From Octopus vulgaris (lineage: Eukaryota): DNA of 64,000 nucleotides. Every line of letters begins with the position of its first letter. The first letter of the stretch is position 1. A program made the translations under genes and the position numbers. The DNA is taken from contig OX597819.1 of the NCBI GenBank assembly GCA_951406725.2, positions 60,450,001 through 60,514,000 of the forward strand, written 5' to 3'. Below, one piece after another: positions 26,938 through 39,887 of this stretch. The notes below the pieces were generated by a model that saw nothing but the letters and a program-made list of their open reading frames with translations, was not told the DNA's origin and ran no database searches.

Positions 26938-28476
26938 CTGCAATGATATAGAATATATTATTAATATTAAACTAGATGCATCAGAGATTAAGGTAAAGAA
27001 TTGATCACAAGCTAATGAAGTTAAACTTTGCCACAGATTTCATCTAACTGCAACATGTAATGTTTGAATGACTCGGATATTTTTTCAGACTATTTTCACT
27101 TATTTCATCTCACAAATAAACATGATTAAAATAATTAGTTGAGAATTTTTTTCTTTTTTACTTGTTGTATCTGGATGAAGGGGCAATGTCCATGGCCTTT
27201 GCAGGTCATCTGAGACCGGTAAGATTGATGCCATTAATGTCCTCTTGAGCCAGTGGGAAAGACATATGTAGAGAAAGAATTCTAGAGGGCCAATGTTCTC
27301 AGACAAAAGGACCAAGCACAATGATTAGTCCAGGACCTGGGCCAAGTTGGATGGAATGCTTGAGTAGTAAGTGAAATGAACCTAACCAGCTACAAGGAGC
27401 AGAGGCCATTACAATAGAGGTAGAAAAGGCAGAGAGAGAGGAGACAGCATATTTGTAGGCCAGTGGTTTGAGCATGTCTGTGAGTGATTTTATGCCAATC
27501 ATTTGAGTGAAACATTTCTGGTTGCAGTCAAGTACATTTGTGCATCTAGTAGCAGCAATATCCCAGACGTGAGAGCTCACATGTAATATAAACTAAATTG
27601 TAATTGGATAAAAGCATCATTTTTCCTAAATCAGAGAAGGAATTTTGATTTTTTCTTTTTTAAATAACATATCAAAGGAAGAACAATGTACTACCTCCAA
27701 CTAACAAACTATTTTCAGGATTTTGGAAACAATACATTTAAAAATACACACAATTATAGAATTATGATAATCTCATTACAAAAGTCTATACCAACACAGT
27801 TTTCATTCTTGCATGTAACTACTGAATCTTCTTATACCTAGTTTATCTTTCTGCTCATCTGTACCACATATTTTCTAAAACTTTTGTAAATCTAAATATA
27901 TTGCCACTACCAAAAAAAAAAAAACAAAAAAAAAAACACTTTGAAGGTCTTAAGAATAATTAAGAATAAAAAACATTTCAAATTCAAAATTATAAAAGAA
28001 ATCTGTAACGACGTCACTTCAAAGTGTTTCCAACATCACATCTCTCCATTTGTAACATTCTTTTTTATAATTGTTTTTCATGAGGTTCAAGATGATGAGA
28101 CCAACTTTTACCAGTTCTGCCCATGTTTTCCTTGATCTTTCTCTTCCACAGTTTCCTTCTACTTGAATATTGTAGAACTTCTTTACTATCTATTTTCCTC
28201 TATAGGCATCATATGTCCATACCAACAGTCTTTGTTCTTACAAATTACAACTGAATCTTCTTACTTCTAGTTTATCTTTCAGTTCATCTGTACCACATAG
28301 TTCATGCAGACTAATATTACACATCTGGTAGAATATGCCTGCTTCATTTCTCTCCAGTCTTCACACATCCTCTGCATACAGAGCCCATGGATATGGACTC
28401 ATGGAATATGCAAAAACCAATAACAAAACTTTGCTTTAAATGAATGACAAAAAAAATGATATAATTCAGAACTAAC

Positions 28477-28654
28477 TTTTTTTGGGACAACCAAAAGAAC
28501 AGCAATTGAAACTCTCTTTCTTTTAAAGTACAATGTATACATTCTAAGGATATTTGTTCATCTGGTATTTGGTTTTCATCTTCCACTGTTGAGAGTAAAG
28601 CCTTGCAGAAGATAAAGGATGGTGAAGGTCGCTCACCAGGAACTGTCGGTAAAT
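28477..28654 (-). CDS. CLHC1: CLHC1-like coding exon 6
   Basis: catag / gttagt, phase 1/2; VPGERPSP..F..ALL...SLECI..L...WLSQKK. Confidence 0.87.
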
Positions 28655-29384
28655 CTATGAAAATATTAAAAAAAACCATGAGGATTTTGAATACTGCCTC
28701 ACCTCAAAAATTGCTGGCCTAGCACAAAATAAGAAAAGATTATTATTACTATTATTGAGTAAGAGAACAATGTTTGGCATTAAAGTGACACTGGGGTAAA
28801 AATATATGAAGCCCAATATACCCATCATGACTACCTGTCTGATAAGGGTACACCAGGCATTTGCATCACAACCATATGTGCACAACATGATGACCTCGTA
28901 TCAAGATAAAGTGTATAGCCTTGCAAGTGGGATCCAGTTAAAATTTTCTTCAGGCCTAGCAGCCTATCCCACTCAAAAGGTCCCTAAATAAGGTTTGCTT
29001 AAGGATGATGAATGAAACACCCAAGTTTCCAGAGGTGAATTATTCAAACCCCAAAGAATTCCTCTCAACACATGGCTATTATGCTTCCCCACTACTTCTC
29101 TTCATGATCAAGAATGCACATCTCATCAGCCACTAAGAGACATGCTCAACTGGTTATGGTCAAACAACTGACAAGCAAATTTGCAGTACTGAGCAGAATA
29201 TTTGCTGCAGCCCATCTTTTATACCAAGACAAAACAATGTACATGATAGCACTTCCAATCAGTTAAGATCAGAAGCCATGAGAGCTACTATTTTATATTG
29301 CATCAGAGCATTGTTGTTGTTGTTGTTGTTGGTGGTGGTGGTATTATTATTATTTTTATTATTATTATTATTATTATTATTACT

Positions 29385-29635
29385 AAGGCAGTGAGCTAGC
29401 AGAATCATAAACCTACCAGGCAATATGCTTAGTGGCATTTCATCTGTCATCACATTCTGAGTTCAAATTCCACTGAGATCAACTTTGCCTTTCATCCTTT
29501 TGGAGGTTGATAAAATAAATACCAGTTGAGCACTGGGGTTGACGTAATCAACTAGCCCCCCCCCCCTACCCCACCACCACCACCACCTTGCCTAAAATTT
29601 CAGGCTTCATATCTACATTAGACAGGATTACTGTT
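29385..29635 (+). mobile_element. SINE family B copy
   Basis: aaggcagtgagctagcagaatc...ctttgcctttcatccttttggaggttgataaaataaataccagttgagcactgggg. Confidence 0.75.
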
Positions 29636-29840
29636 ATTATTACCTCCGCCTTAGCAAGGATTCTGGATTATTTTTCCAGTTTTTTTACTTAATTTTGGAG
29701 AGCTGTCGGGTTCAGTTTTAGTATTCTCGTTTGTGAGAGCAATCAAGTTTATTTCAGATATTCTCATTTTACTCTGACTAACCATTGAGAGGATGCTGGT
29801 GTTGCCTTAGCAGAGGTTTGTGCTCTCTGAGTGCTCTTGT
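29636..29840 (+). mobile_element. Internally deleted copy of the HINE-like element
   Basis: Same termini and 3' half as 24271-24632. Confidence 0.65.
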
Positions 29841-30719
29841 TATTATTATTATTATTATTATCAGTATCTTTTTCCCCACACCATCATCATTCAATCAGCA
29901 CTCTACCAATATAGCAAGAAGCACAATTTTAAAATCAAATATTTCTATGAAGCATATATTAAAAAGGGTAAAGACTTCCTTCGGTTATGAATGACCATGG
30001 GACTGCACCTAGAAAGTTCCTCTCTGGGGCACAAGTCCATGCAAGGTTGTTTATGGAAGACCAGCAGTCACCCATGCATACCATCTTCCCAAAGGATATA
30101 TATATTATATTTAATATAGATTTCTAACACTAACCACAAAACCAACTTTTCAAGGGGTGTTATAAGTAATTGAATCAACTGCAGCATATCGCTGATGTTT
30201 ATTTAATTGAATTCACAGCAATAAAAGTTTTAAATAAATCATTAAATGATAGTATGTGGGACAAAAGTAAAACCAACCTGGTAAATAGAGTCAAGGGAGA
30301 TAATCCTTTTTAGAGAATGCTTACGCAAGATTACAAGTTTAAAATTTAAATCAAGGAAAAAGGAAGAAAATGCAGAAGTCTGTGGGGTGTGGGGTCTTAC
30401 AATGTTGCAGTATGTCACTGCATCTACCATTTATTGGTATTTGCTCAGGTGGTCGTGGCCAGTCCTCCAAATATTGTCCCAGCCATTCCCTGTTTCTGCA
30501 AGATACTTCCTCATTTGCTGTGACTATGTGGCATGTGACCAACCAACACAAGCTGTCACTCCAGCCAGATCCTAACAGAAGAGGACAGGATCAAACTCAG
30601 AAAATCGAGCAACATGGCCAAACAGTCTAAGGTGATGCTCCTGAATCATAGAAGTAACATGATGTATCCCAGCTTCTGAACATAGTTGTTGGTTGTATAT
30701 GAAATCCAAAATGAAGTGA

Positions 30720-31191
30720 GTTAATGGCTCGCAGGACGGCCTGCTGTGCTTACTTTGGATCGTAGGGTGACCTGCTGTGCTTGAGGAGACCAACTGAGTC
30801 AAGTACATCAACATCAAAATAAAAATCAATGGAAATTGTAGTTGTGATACCTGAGCTGGTGGCACATAAAAAACACCATCCGAACGTGGCTGATGCCAGT
30901 GCTGCCTTGACTGGCGTCCGTGCCGGTGGCATGTAAAAGGCACCAACCAATCGTGGATGTTGCCAGCCTCCTCTGGCCCCTGTGCCAGTGGCATGTAAAA
31001 AGCACCTAGTACACTCACGGAGTGGTTGGCATTAGGAAGGGCATCCAGCTATAGAAACACTGCCAGATCAGACTGGTGCCTGGTGCAGCCTCCTGGCTTC
31101 CCAGACCCTGGTCGAATTGTCCAACCCATGCTAGCATGGAAAACGGACGTTAAACGATGAAGATGATGATGATGATGATGATGATGATGAT
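30720..31191 (+). mobile_element. RTE-3'UTR-derived repeat (family C) with (GAT)n tail
   Basis: Same sequence as the 3'UTR of the RTE at 44560-45073. Confidence 0.8.
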
Positions 31192-31664
31192 AAGGAACTT
31201 TTCTGTTTGGCTGTAAATTTTCAATTTCTTCAATCCCTACTGGAATTAATTTTATATTTGGTGTAATGATATGGGTTTTTTTATATGCTTAATCATTGCT
31301 TTGAAATCCATATTCACAATAAATCAAAAAATAATGAGTTATTAGCTTTTAAAGTTTGCAAATTTTGGGTAATTTTAGCCAATCATAATCCACAGACACA
31401 TTCATTCCTGTTTCCATAATAACAAGCCAAGCATGAGAACTTTTTTGTCGGTGAAAAAGCACATGTTGACAAGTATATTTTACTCACTGAGATGGCTGTC
31501 AGATGTGCAAAAAATAATAGCCAAATAGGCCTTAAATCATATCCCAACAATTGCATGAATTCATGTAGAATACAAATTCACAAGAATTAACTGTAAATTC
31601 CAAAAAATTAAAAAAAAGTTATAAGGGGTTATATGGCGGGCATAAAGCAAAATTTGATTTCTCT

Positions 31665-32060
31665 TTCTCTTTCACTCGTTTCAGTCATTTGACTGCGGCC
31701 ATGCTGGAGCACCACCTTTAGTCAAGCAAATCGACCCCCAGGACTTATTCTTTGGAAGCCTAGTACTTATTCTATCGGTCTCTTTTGTTGAACTGCTAAG
31801 TTACGGGATCGGAAACACACCACCACCGGTTGTCAAGCGATGTTAGGGGGACTAACACAGACACACAAACATAATATATATATATACATATATACGACAG
31901 GCTTTTTTCAGTTTCTGTCTACCAAATCCACTCACAAGGCTTTGGTTGGCCCAAGGTTATAGTAGAAGATACTTGCCCAAGGTGACACACATTGGGAATG
32001 AACCCGGAACCATGTGATTGGTAAGCAAGCTACTTACCACACAGCCACTCCTGTGCCTAT
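31665..32060 (-). mobile_element. tRNA-derived SINE (family A), near full length
   Basis: Head ggcacaggagtggctgtgtggtaag..ggttc with A/B-box-like motifs, internal microsatellite; many copies in window. Confidence 0.85.
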
Positions 32061-32516
32061 TTGTTTACAAATTTGATTTGTTTACAATTTAATTTGTCGA
32101 CAACACGTGCTATCACACACAAAATGACAGCTTCCAAATCTTATTTTCTGACTGGGTGAAAATTATCAAACTTTAAACCTCTATAACTTTTTTAAAATTT
32201 TTCCATAAAATGTGAAATATCTCCTGAGATTCAGCTTGGAAAACTACATTAATATATCAAATTTTAAACTTTTCAATAAATTTTAAATTTTTGAAAATTG
32301 GCAGCCTAACTGAAAAGATCCAGTGATAACCTATAATTCTCCAAAGTGTCCTGGTACCAGGATCGTAGAATCATCATCCATTATCATAATTATTTAACAT
32401 TGTCCATGTTGGCATGGGTATATATTTAAACTTTTTTTTTTACTAACTCAATGCAAAGATCTTAAAATTGTTAGTCTTAGGTAATCTTTTGCAGTATAGA
32501 AAATCATTCAACAGAC

Positions 32517-32726
32517 CTTTGAATCTCTGAAATGTAGCCATTGTGCGTAAAATGCCTTTTGGGCAGACAGCAGCATGCATTGCAGCTTCGGCATAAAGTA
32601 GGTTTTCAAACATTTCGTTAAATATTTCAATGTTCTCCAACATTAGTTCAGCCTCTTTTTCATCATCTGGTTCCTGTTCTTGTAATACTTTTACAGTGCT
32701 GGTGGCCACTGCATGCAATGTGTTGT
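32517..32726 (-). CDS. CLHC1: CLHC1-like coding exon 5 (clathrin linker-like region)
   Basis: ttttag / gtctgt; KEAELMLENIEIFNE...YAEAAMHAAVCPKGILRT..TFQRFK resembles the clathrin linker motif (AA.AA.APKGILRT). Confidence 0.9.
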
Positions 32727-34171
32727 CTAAAATACACAATATATACAAATGATTCAGTTTTTAAGAATCTATTTAAAATTGCATTATTGGATAAATAATA
32801 TCGTTTTTAAACACTAGTAACTTGCTTAAACATTTAATCACAGATGTATTTATCTCAATGAAGAATGTTTTGCCAAGAGATACAATATTCACTGCCAAAT
32901 ATTCCTAAATTAAAACTAGTACATCTGTTTATCACAGGAGTTTGGTTAAAAGAAAATAGTGATAAAGGAAGGTGGCAAACACTGTGATGATGGTGACACC
33001 ATGCAATGTTCCAGTAACATTTTAAATGTTTTGTAACCCTTAATGGTGCATTAATTAACTATCGAAGATTTTGATTTTGTTTAATGTCTCAAAGAAGGTG
33101 GCAAGCTGGCAGAATTGTTAGCACCTTCAGAGACAAGGTTCTAGCTGAGAAAATAACTGAGTATCACAGTTGTTACATATTGCATGTAGAAAACTACATT
33201 AATGTATCAAATTTTAAACTTTTTAATAAATTATTGGTAGCCTAACTGAAAAGATCCAGTTATAACCAAAGTGTCCTGATACCAGGATCATAGAATCATC
33301 ATCATTATCATAATTATTTAGCATTGTCCATGCTGGCATGGGTATATATTTAAACTTTTTTTTTTTTGCTAACTCAATGAAAACACATTTAATTTCTGGT
33401 GTAGACACATAATAAGGTAGCAAGCTGGCAGAATCATTAGTGCATGGAACAAAATACTCAGCAGCATTTCTCATGATTCTTTAGTTCCTGAGATCAAATC
33501 CTACCTAGGTCAACTTTGTCTTTTATCCCTTTGGGGGTTAGTAAAATAAAGAACCAATCAAGTACCAGGGTGGATGTAATCAACTTGTCTCTTTCTCTCA
33601 AAATTACTAGACTTTAACCTGCCAGTAGACTGATGTCCCAGTCAGAGAGAATGTTGTGATCTTAGTCACTTGTATGCCATAGAAACTAGGTAACTGCTCT
33701 GATGAATCCTGGGGCTACAGAAAAAAAAAACCTAAAATGTATATCATTCTTGTGAATGCCGTTTCTCTCCAAGCATTTAACCACAATCAGCCAGCAGATA
33801 TGCTATTTCCTCACTACTTTTTCTGTCCTTTTAACAACAGCCTCTGCTCTTCATGATCAGCTGTTTGCATTCCACCTTCATCCAAACTCAACGACACATT
33901 CATCTTCCCTCCTCTCTTGTAATGTCACTATATAATACCTTCCTTTCAAGGCCTTCACTAACAACCCCTGATACATCTACATAACACCAACCCTCTAGAA
34001 TTTCCTGCCTATTCATGTTTTCTTACAATTGGTGACATGCAGTTGTTCAAAATAAACTTCAATTGCATCAGCCATACCAGTCACAAAGGCCTGCAAAAGT
34101 TGTGGGCACAGCCCCTTCCTTCTGACTAAACCATTTTATACAAAAAGGTAAAATGATAAAGTGAAATGAAA

Positions 34172-34346
34172 TACAATTACAGTGTGAAAGACACATGTTA
34201 GCCATTCAAAAACACACAAAAACTCTTAACTTCACTTAAATATTTATTATTTGGTGTGAAAATTTTCATCAAATAATGTTTAAGTGAAGTTAACAGTTTT
34301 TGAGTACATCTGAATGGTTAACATGTGCCTTTGTCACTGTAATTGT
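34172..34346. repeat. Palindromic MITE-like inverted repeat
   Basis: caattacagtg...ttaacttcacttaaa..attt / aaataatgtttaagtgaagttaac...cactgtaattg. Confidence 0.65.
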
Positions 34347-34812
34347 TTTAGCTTCAACAAACTGTCTCAGATTAAGTCACTGGCCAGACAAATACATCTC
34401 TGAAATGAAATAGCTCAACCCAAAACTGAACCTGTATTGCAGGCTCTATAACCTAGAATATACTCTTTTCTGTGTTTGCATTGGTCACAGGGAATTTGTT
34501 GAGGCAGATATTCTATGGCCAAATGCCCTTCCTTTTGCCAGCCCTCACCTGTTTCCAAAAGAAGGGTAATATTTCCTTATGGCCAGAAATGATTTTCATA
34601 AATGTTTAGCTAACCCATGCCAGCATGGAACATGGATGTTAATCAATGAGGATGGGATACTCCCACTCTCTACAGTTTCCACTATACAATAAGAAACTGT
34701 ATTCTGGAAATTACAAAATGAGAGTAAAACAAATTGCTTTATTGATTTTGAGGACATGAATTAAAATGGAGAAATGCAAAAAATAAAAAAGAGAAAAATT
34801 TTTAAAACAGAC

Positions 34813-35145
34813 CTTTTTCACCAATTGTGGTATCAACAGATAAACGCAAAGCATGTGCCACAATGTCACCAACAGACCAATGGGGAGGTCGTATGTCATT
34901 ATATGCCAGTGCTGCTTCATAGCCAACTTTGATTCTTTGCCTTTTGGCCTTCAAGTAATGGCCTTCATTAATCAACTGGTCTCTTTCTGTTATCTTTGCT
35001 TTCAATAAGTTCTTCAATTTGTGCTTCTCAGATTTTGGAACATATTTTGTCTTTAATTTTAAATTCATGTCTTTCACACACTTGGTTACTTGCTTTAAAA
35101 TAGTATTCAGATAATTTATGTCTGTAGACTGCTCAAGTGTGATAC
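34813..35145 (-). CDS. CLHC1: CLHC1-like coding exon 4
   Basis: ccttag / gtctgt, phase 1/1; IPGITLEQS and KYVP motifs. Confidence 0.85.
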
Positions 35146-35739
35146 CTAAGGAAAAATGATTATATAGAAATGGATAACATATGAACAAATTTCAGAAACC
35201 AGATTGAAATCCTTGAAAATAAAAATAAAAAATATAGCTAAATATATTAATACATAGATGTGAACAAAGTTATGTAACATGACAGAAAAAAATCTTAATA
35301 CATTATTCCAAATAAGAATTTATTTATTGTCTTTCTCTAAAATAAGATATCATCATCATCTTTTTAACATCCATTTTTCCATACTTGCATGGGTTGGATG
35401 GATATGATTTCTTGAGACAAATATTCTGTTGCCAGATATTTTAACACAAAATATTGGAAATGAATGACACTGCTTACATGACAGTGGCACTTATTTACAA
35501 CTACCACACAATATCAAAACAAGGCGATAAAAAACACACACACAATGAGCATCTTTTGATTTCTATCTATCATATCCACTCACAAGGCTTTGGTAAGCCC
35601 AGGGCTATAGTAGATGACACTTGTCCAAGGTGTCATGCAGTGGGACTGAACCTGGAACCTTGTGTAGTTAGGAAGCAAACTTCTTACTACATAGCCATCC
35701 ATGCCTGTGCGCATCAGTGTGTGTGTGTGTGTGTATTCT

Positions 35740-36281
35740 CTTTTACTCTTTTATTTGTTTCAGTCATTTGACTGTAGCCATGCTGGAGCAACACCTTAAG
35801 TCAAACAAAGTGACCCCAGAATTTATTCTTTGTTGTTGCTTGTTCGTTCTCGAGCCATGCCTGGCTCATAAAGGCTGGTTTTCCGGTTTCTTTAGCGTAT
35901 TGGTTCCCCACCTGAGATTCGATCCCACGATCCCTTGACCGTGAGTCTGCTGCTCTAACTACTAGGCCATGTGCAGCCACAGAATTTATTCTTTGTAAGC
36001 CTAGTACTTATTCTATCGGTCTCTTTTGTTGAACCGCTAAGCTACGGGGACGTAGACACACTAACATCGGTTGTCAAGTGGTAGTGGGGGGACAAACATA
36101 GACACACACATAAAAACAACAGGATTCTTTTAGTTTCCATCTACTAAATCCACTCACAAGGTTTTGGTTAGCTCAAGGCTATTGCAGAAGACACTTGCTC
36201 AAGGTACCATGCAGTGAGACTGAACCCATAACCATATGTTTGGTAAGCAAGCTACTTACCACACAGCCACTCCTGTGCCTA
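35740..36281 (-). mobile_element. SINE family A copy with nested short SINE
   Basis: Same consensus as 31665-32060, interrupted at 35834-35979. Confidence 0.8.
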
Positions 36282-36292
36282 TAAAGCATGCA

Positions 36293-36380
36293 TTCCCATG
36301 CCAGGAATAGAACCTGGGCTGCCTGGGTAAAAGCCAGGAATCCTAACCACTATATATATATATATATATATATATATGGA
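36293..36380 (-). pseudogene. tRNA-Glu-derived pseudogene disrupted by a (TA)n tract
   Basis: tagtggttaggattcctggcttttacccaggcagcccaggttctattcctggcatgggaa resembles metazoan tRNA-Glu(TTC). Anticodon reads TTT, the T-loop is mutated and the 5' arm is replaced by (TA)n. Confidence 0.75.
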
Positions 36381-36399
36381 TGGATTCTCTTGTTGTGAA

Positions 36400-37615
36400 C
36401 AGCAAATGAGAGTTCAGTAATCTAGAGTATTGATCATGTTCTATGGACACAAACATGTCTCCTGAGGCCTGCTGGTGCCTTGCAAACCTTTTGGCAAATG
36501 GAACAAGTTGACGACTCAGTTTGCTTGAGTGCTTGTGGATTATTTACTATGTGTTTTCTTTAGTGGACGGCAAGGCCTGCTCTGCTTTGTGACACAAAAC
36601 CGCAATGACAAGTAAGGTTTCCATTTAGAGGAGCAGTGTTTTGCCAGCATGCCTTCATGCTTGCATAAAGTTGGTCTCAGTGTCGGAGTTGATTTTGCTC
36701 AAATTTTTGAACTGAGGAGAAGCAGGACTGGCATCAGGTCCTGCATTCTTTGCATCATTAGACACAATGGAACCAAGATAAGTGAAGTAGAAAACAGTTT
36801 TTAATGTTTTCTCATCCACATATACAGTATTGGCAACAGTGGGAAGATGGTCACAAATGGGCTGATGGACAAGTTCAGTTTTCTTGATGCTGGTGGTCAG
36901 ACTAAAGGCCTTCGATGCACGCAGGAAGTTTAAAATCCATTGCATGTCCTCAAGAGTGTGTGCTACAAGTGGACAATCGTCTGCGAAGCGCAAATCTCAA
37001 ACTGTTCGCACCAAAGTCTTAGTTTTTGCTTTGAAGTGCTGTTGGTTGAACAAGCCACCACCAGTTCTGTATTCAGACTTCACCCCTTCTTTAACATCCT
37101 CTAATGCTGTTTACAACATGAAAGAGAAATACAAAGGAAATAAGAGTGCTGCAAGAACACAGCCTTGTTTAGTCCCATTTGAGACTGTGAATGAATTGTA
37201 CACTTCCCCACTAGATCTGACAGAAGCCATCATCCCTTGATGGAAAGAAATTATGACATTGATCATCTTTTCTGGAACACCAAGCTTTCTAAAGGCAACC
37301 CAAAGGACATCCCTAGATACAGTGTCAAAAGCTTTAGTTCAATCTACAAACGTGACAAAAATGTCTTGGTTGTGCTCACAAGCCTTTTCCTGCAGCTGCC
37401 TTAGGCTAAAAATCATATCCACTGTGCCTCTACCACCCTGAAATCCACACTGAGATTCAGGCAACACTAAGCTGGCAAGGGTATCATTTAGTCTATTTAA
37501 GATAACCCTCCTAAGGATCTTCCCAGCACCACACAAAAGGGAGATACCTCTATGGTTGCCACATTCACATTTGTTACCTTTGTGCTTATAAAGATGGTCA
37601 ATAGAAGTGTCTTTT
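36400..37615 (-). mobile_element. RTE (BovB-like) LINE reverse transcriptase fragment, decayed
   Basis: CGNHRGISL..AGKIL.RVILNRL...LPESQCGF.GGRGTVDMIFSLRQLQEK...FADDC...FTYLGSI; frameshifts present; C2H2-like tail. Confidence 0.9.
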
Positions 37616-39082
37616 GTTCATTGTATGCTATTTTCTATAAGTAGGAGAGGGTAATTTTGCTTGAGCAGAAATACTTAGTGTTCTATAAATTGTGTGTTCC
37701 TGGTATTTGGATCATCTACTATAGTACAATTTTTCCTGGCTAGACAGTACGGAATGTTGCATTTTGTGTTGGGAAATAACAACAATAATATAACAACCAG
37801 TTAATGATGTGGATTAAAAAATATCTTTAACATATGGATATAAACTAATTACAGAAGACTCCCACTAATTGAAATAAAAGCAATTGAAACCAACTAAGTT
37901 TGCACGTTCATAAAACCATTATATGTAAACTGCAAGTTAATTGGTTAAAATAAAGACGGGATTTGTGCCAGTAATATCAGTACGTGTATGTGAGAAAGAG
38001 AGATAGAGTGAGTGAGTGAAGGTGTGTGTCGTGATGATTGACGTCTTTTAAGGTACACACACATACATAGAAAATGTGAGGTCATCGTATAAAATTCTGA
38101 CAATAGTTGATTTATGGAAAAGATTTTGGCTCAAAACACCCTACTATCTTAATCTGACAATTCTGCCTATTATGTAGTTTGAATGAGAAACTGTAACTAA
38201 AGATTAAGATTATTAACCCCACAAAGAGGTGAAAGAAGAGAGACAGCATAGCAAAAGTTTTGGCTGACTGTCATCCTGTACTCCCCTTGTTGCTAGCGAA
38301 ACGGTATATGCCAGCTGTGTGAGCAACTGGTTGTTTTAATGGTGGAACAAACAGGGGAATTCCATTAGAAAAAGTTTTAATCCAGTTTCTAGGTAACTAT
38401 GGGGGCTAGGAAAAAAATACAAACTGCATTCCAATCTATGCACCCGTCTCCACATGTGTGCCATATTTCACATGAATTCACGCAGCTGTTTGGCTGTGAA
38501 CCTCAAGACAAGAAAGAATACAATGATCGCCCATGTCCAATTTATATTCATCATCGCTTAGCATCCACTTTCCATGCTAGCATGGGTTATTTTTCAGAAT
38601 GAGATAAAAATCCAAGGCTGTGAAAGATTTTAGAACATTTATAAATAGAAGGTCTTACAGCTGTTTCTAGGATATTTTATATATCCCTTCATCGGAGATG
38701 GTGTAAGAAAATGGTTAAGCAATAGTTATTTTAGATAACATATGAAATAGAGAGTGAAGTGGAGGAATGAAAATAGACGTGAGATATGCAGGGATATTGC
38801 ATCTGTAGATCCATTATTTAGGCAGAATGGTGTACATATAAGATTCCAGTACCTTGTGAGTAAAATCCAATAGTATTTAAAATTGGTCATTCCAAGTATA
38901 GAGTTTGTACACAGTGTTATTGAATTGAGGGTTTTATTTAAAGTCATGCTGATATATGACCTATGTTGGACTCCTCATTCGCATAATCACCGAACCTGGA
39001 GCTCAACTATAGTCTGTCCATAGCACTTACTCAGCATTACCTGACATCTTTGGGTCTTATTGACACCATTACCTCTCATAAC

Positions 39083-39120
<38 letters not shown>

Positions 39121-39121
<1 letters not shown>

Positions 39122-39885
39122 ACAACAATTAAGGAATGGCCTTAATAGGCCATTCGGCCCACTAGAAGAAGCAGCCAGGACTCAAACCGCTAAGTAGTAG
39201 TAATTCAGAAATTAAATGAAAATTTAAAAACATTTACCCTAATTCATCTTTAGACGATGCATCGTTTCGGTGTTTTTAATGGCAAACAAGCTTAATTAAA
39301 TTAAATTAAGTCAATCTACCAAAGGCTACACCTCATCAGTAAAGAAGCCAGGAGAGACGGATATACACGAGGCATCTGTATCAATGCCCTCGGAATATCT
39401 GCCCTAAAATTTTCAAAACCATCGTATTCGCACCAACTTATCAGCAGTAAATATAAACTGCTGATTCAATCTCAGAATTAGTCAGAAAATCATCAATTAA
39501 TCAATTTAGGGTAGCAAAAATTCAATAGAAATTTATCGCTACCAGCAGTCTAGTGGGAAAGAGAAAATAGTCAAAGACTATATATATAAATTCAACAACA
39601 ATTAAGGAATGGCCTTAATAGGCCATTTGGCCCACTAGAAGAAGCAGCCAGGACTCAAACCGCTAAGTAGTAGTAATTCAGAAATTAAATGAAAATTTAA
39701 AAACATTTACCCTAATACAGGTTTGAGTCCTGGCTGCTTCTTCTAGTGGGCCGAATGGCCTATTAAGGCCATTCCTTAATTGTTGTTGAATTTATATATA
39801 TAGTCTTTGACTATTTTCTCTTTCCCACTAGACTGCTGGTAGCGATAAATTTCTATTGAATTTTTTGCTACCCTAAATTGATTAA
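39121..39885 (-). mobile_element. Retrozyme/Penelope-like non-coding element (473-nt unit, partial tandem copy, inverted copy)
   Basis: 39121-39243 is repeated at 39594-39716; 39497-39661 is inverted at 39720-39885. Carries the hammerhead and is flanked by (TA)n on both sides. Confidence 0.7.
39247..39345 (-). ncRNA. Type I hammerhead ribozyme
   Basis: Minus strand reads tcttta-CTGATGA-ggtgt-(54 nt)-acacc-GAAA-cgatgcatcg-TC-taaaga. All core nucleotides and stems I-III are present; GUC cleavage predicted between 39253 and 39252. Confidence 0.82.
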
Positions 39886-39887
39886 AA

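Noticed and set aside
33680-33725. GAAA...CTGATGA arrangement suggesting a permuted hammerhead
   Set aside because: Stems I and II do not pair; lies in a decayed repeat.
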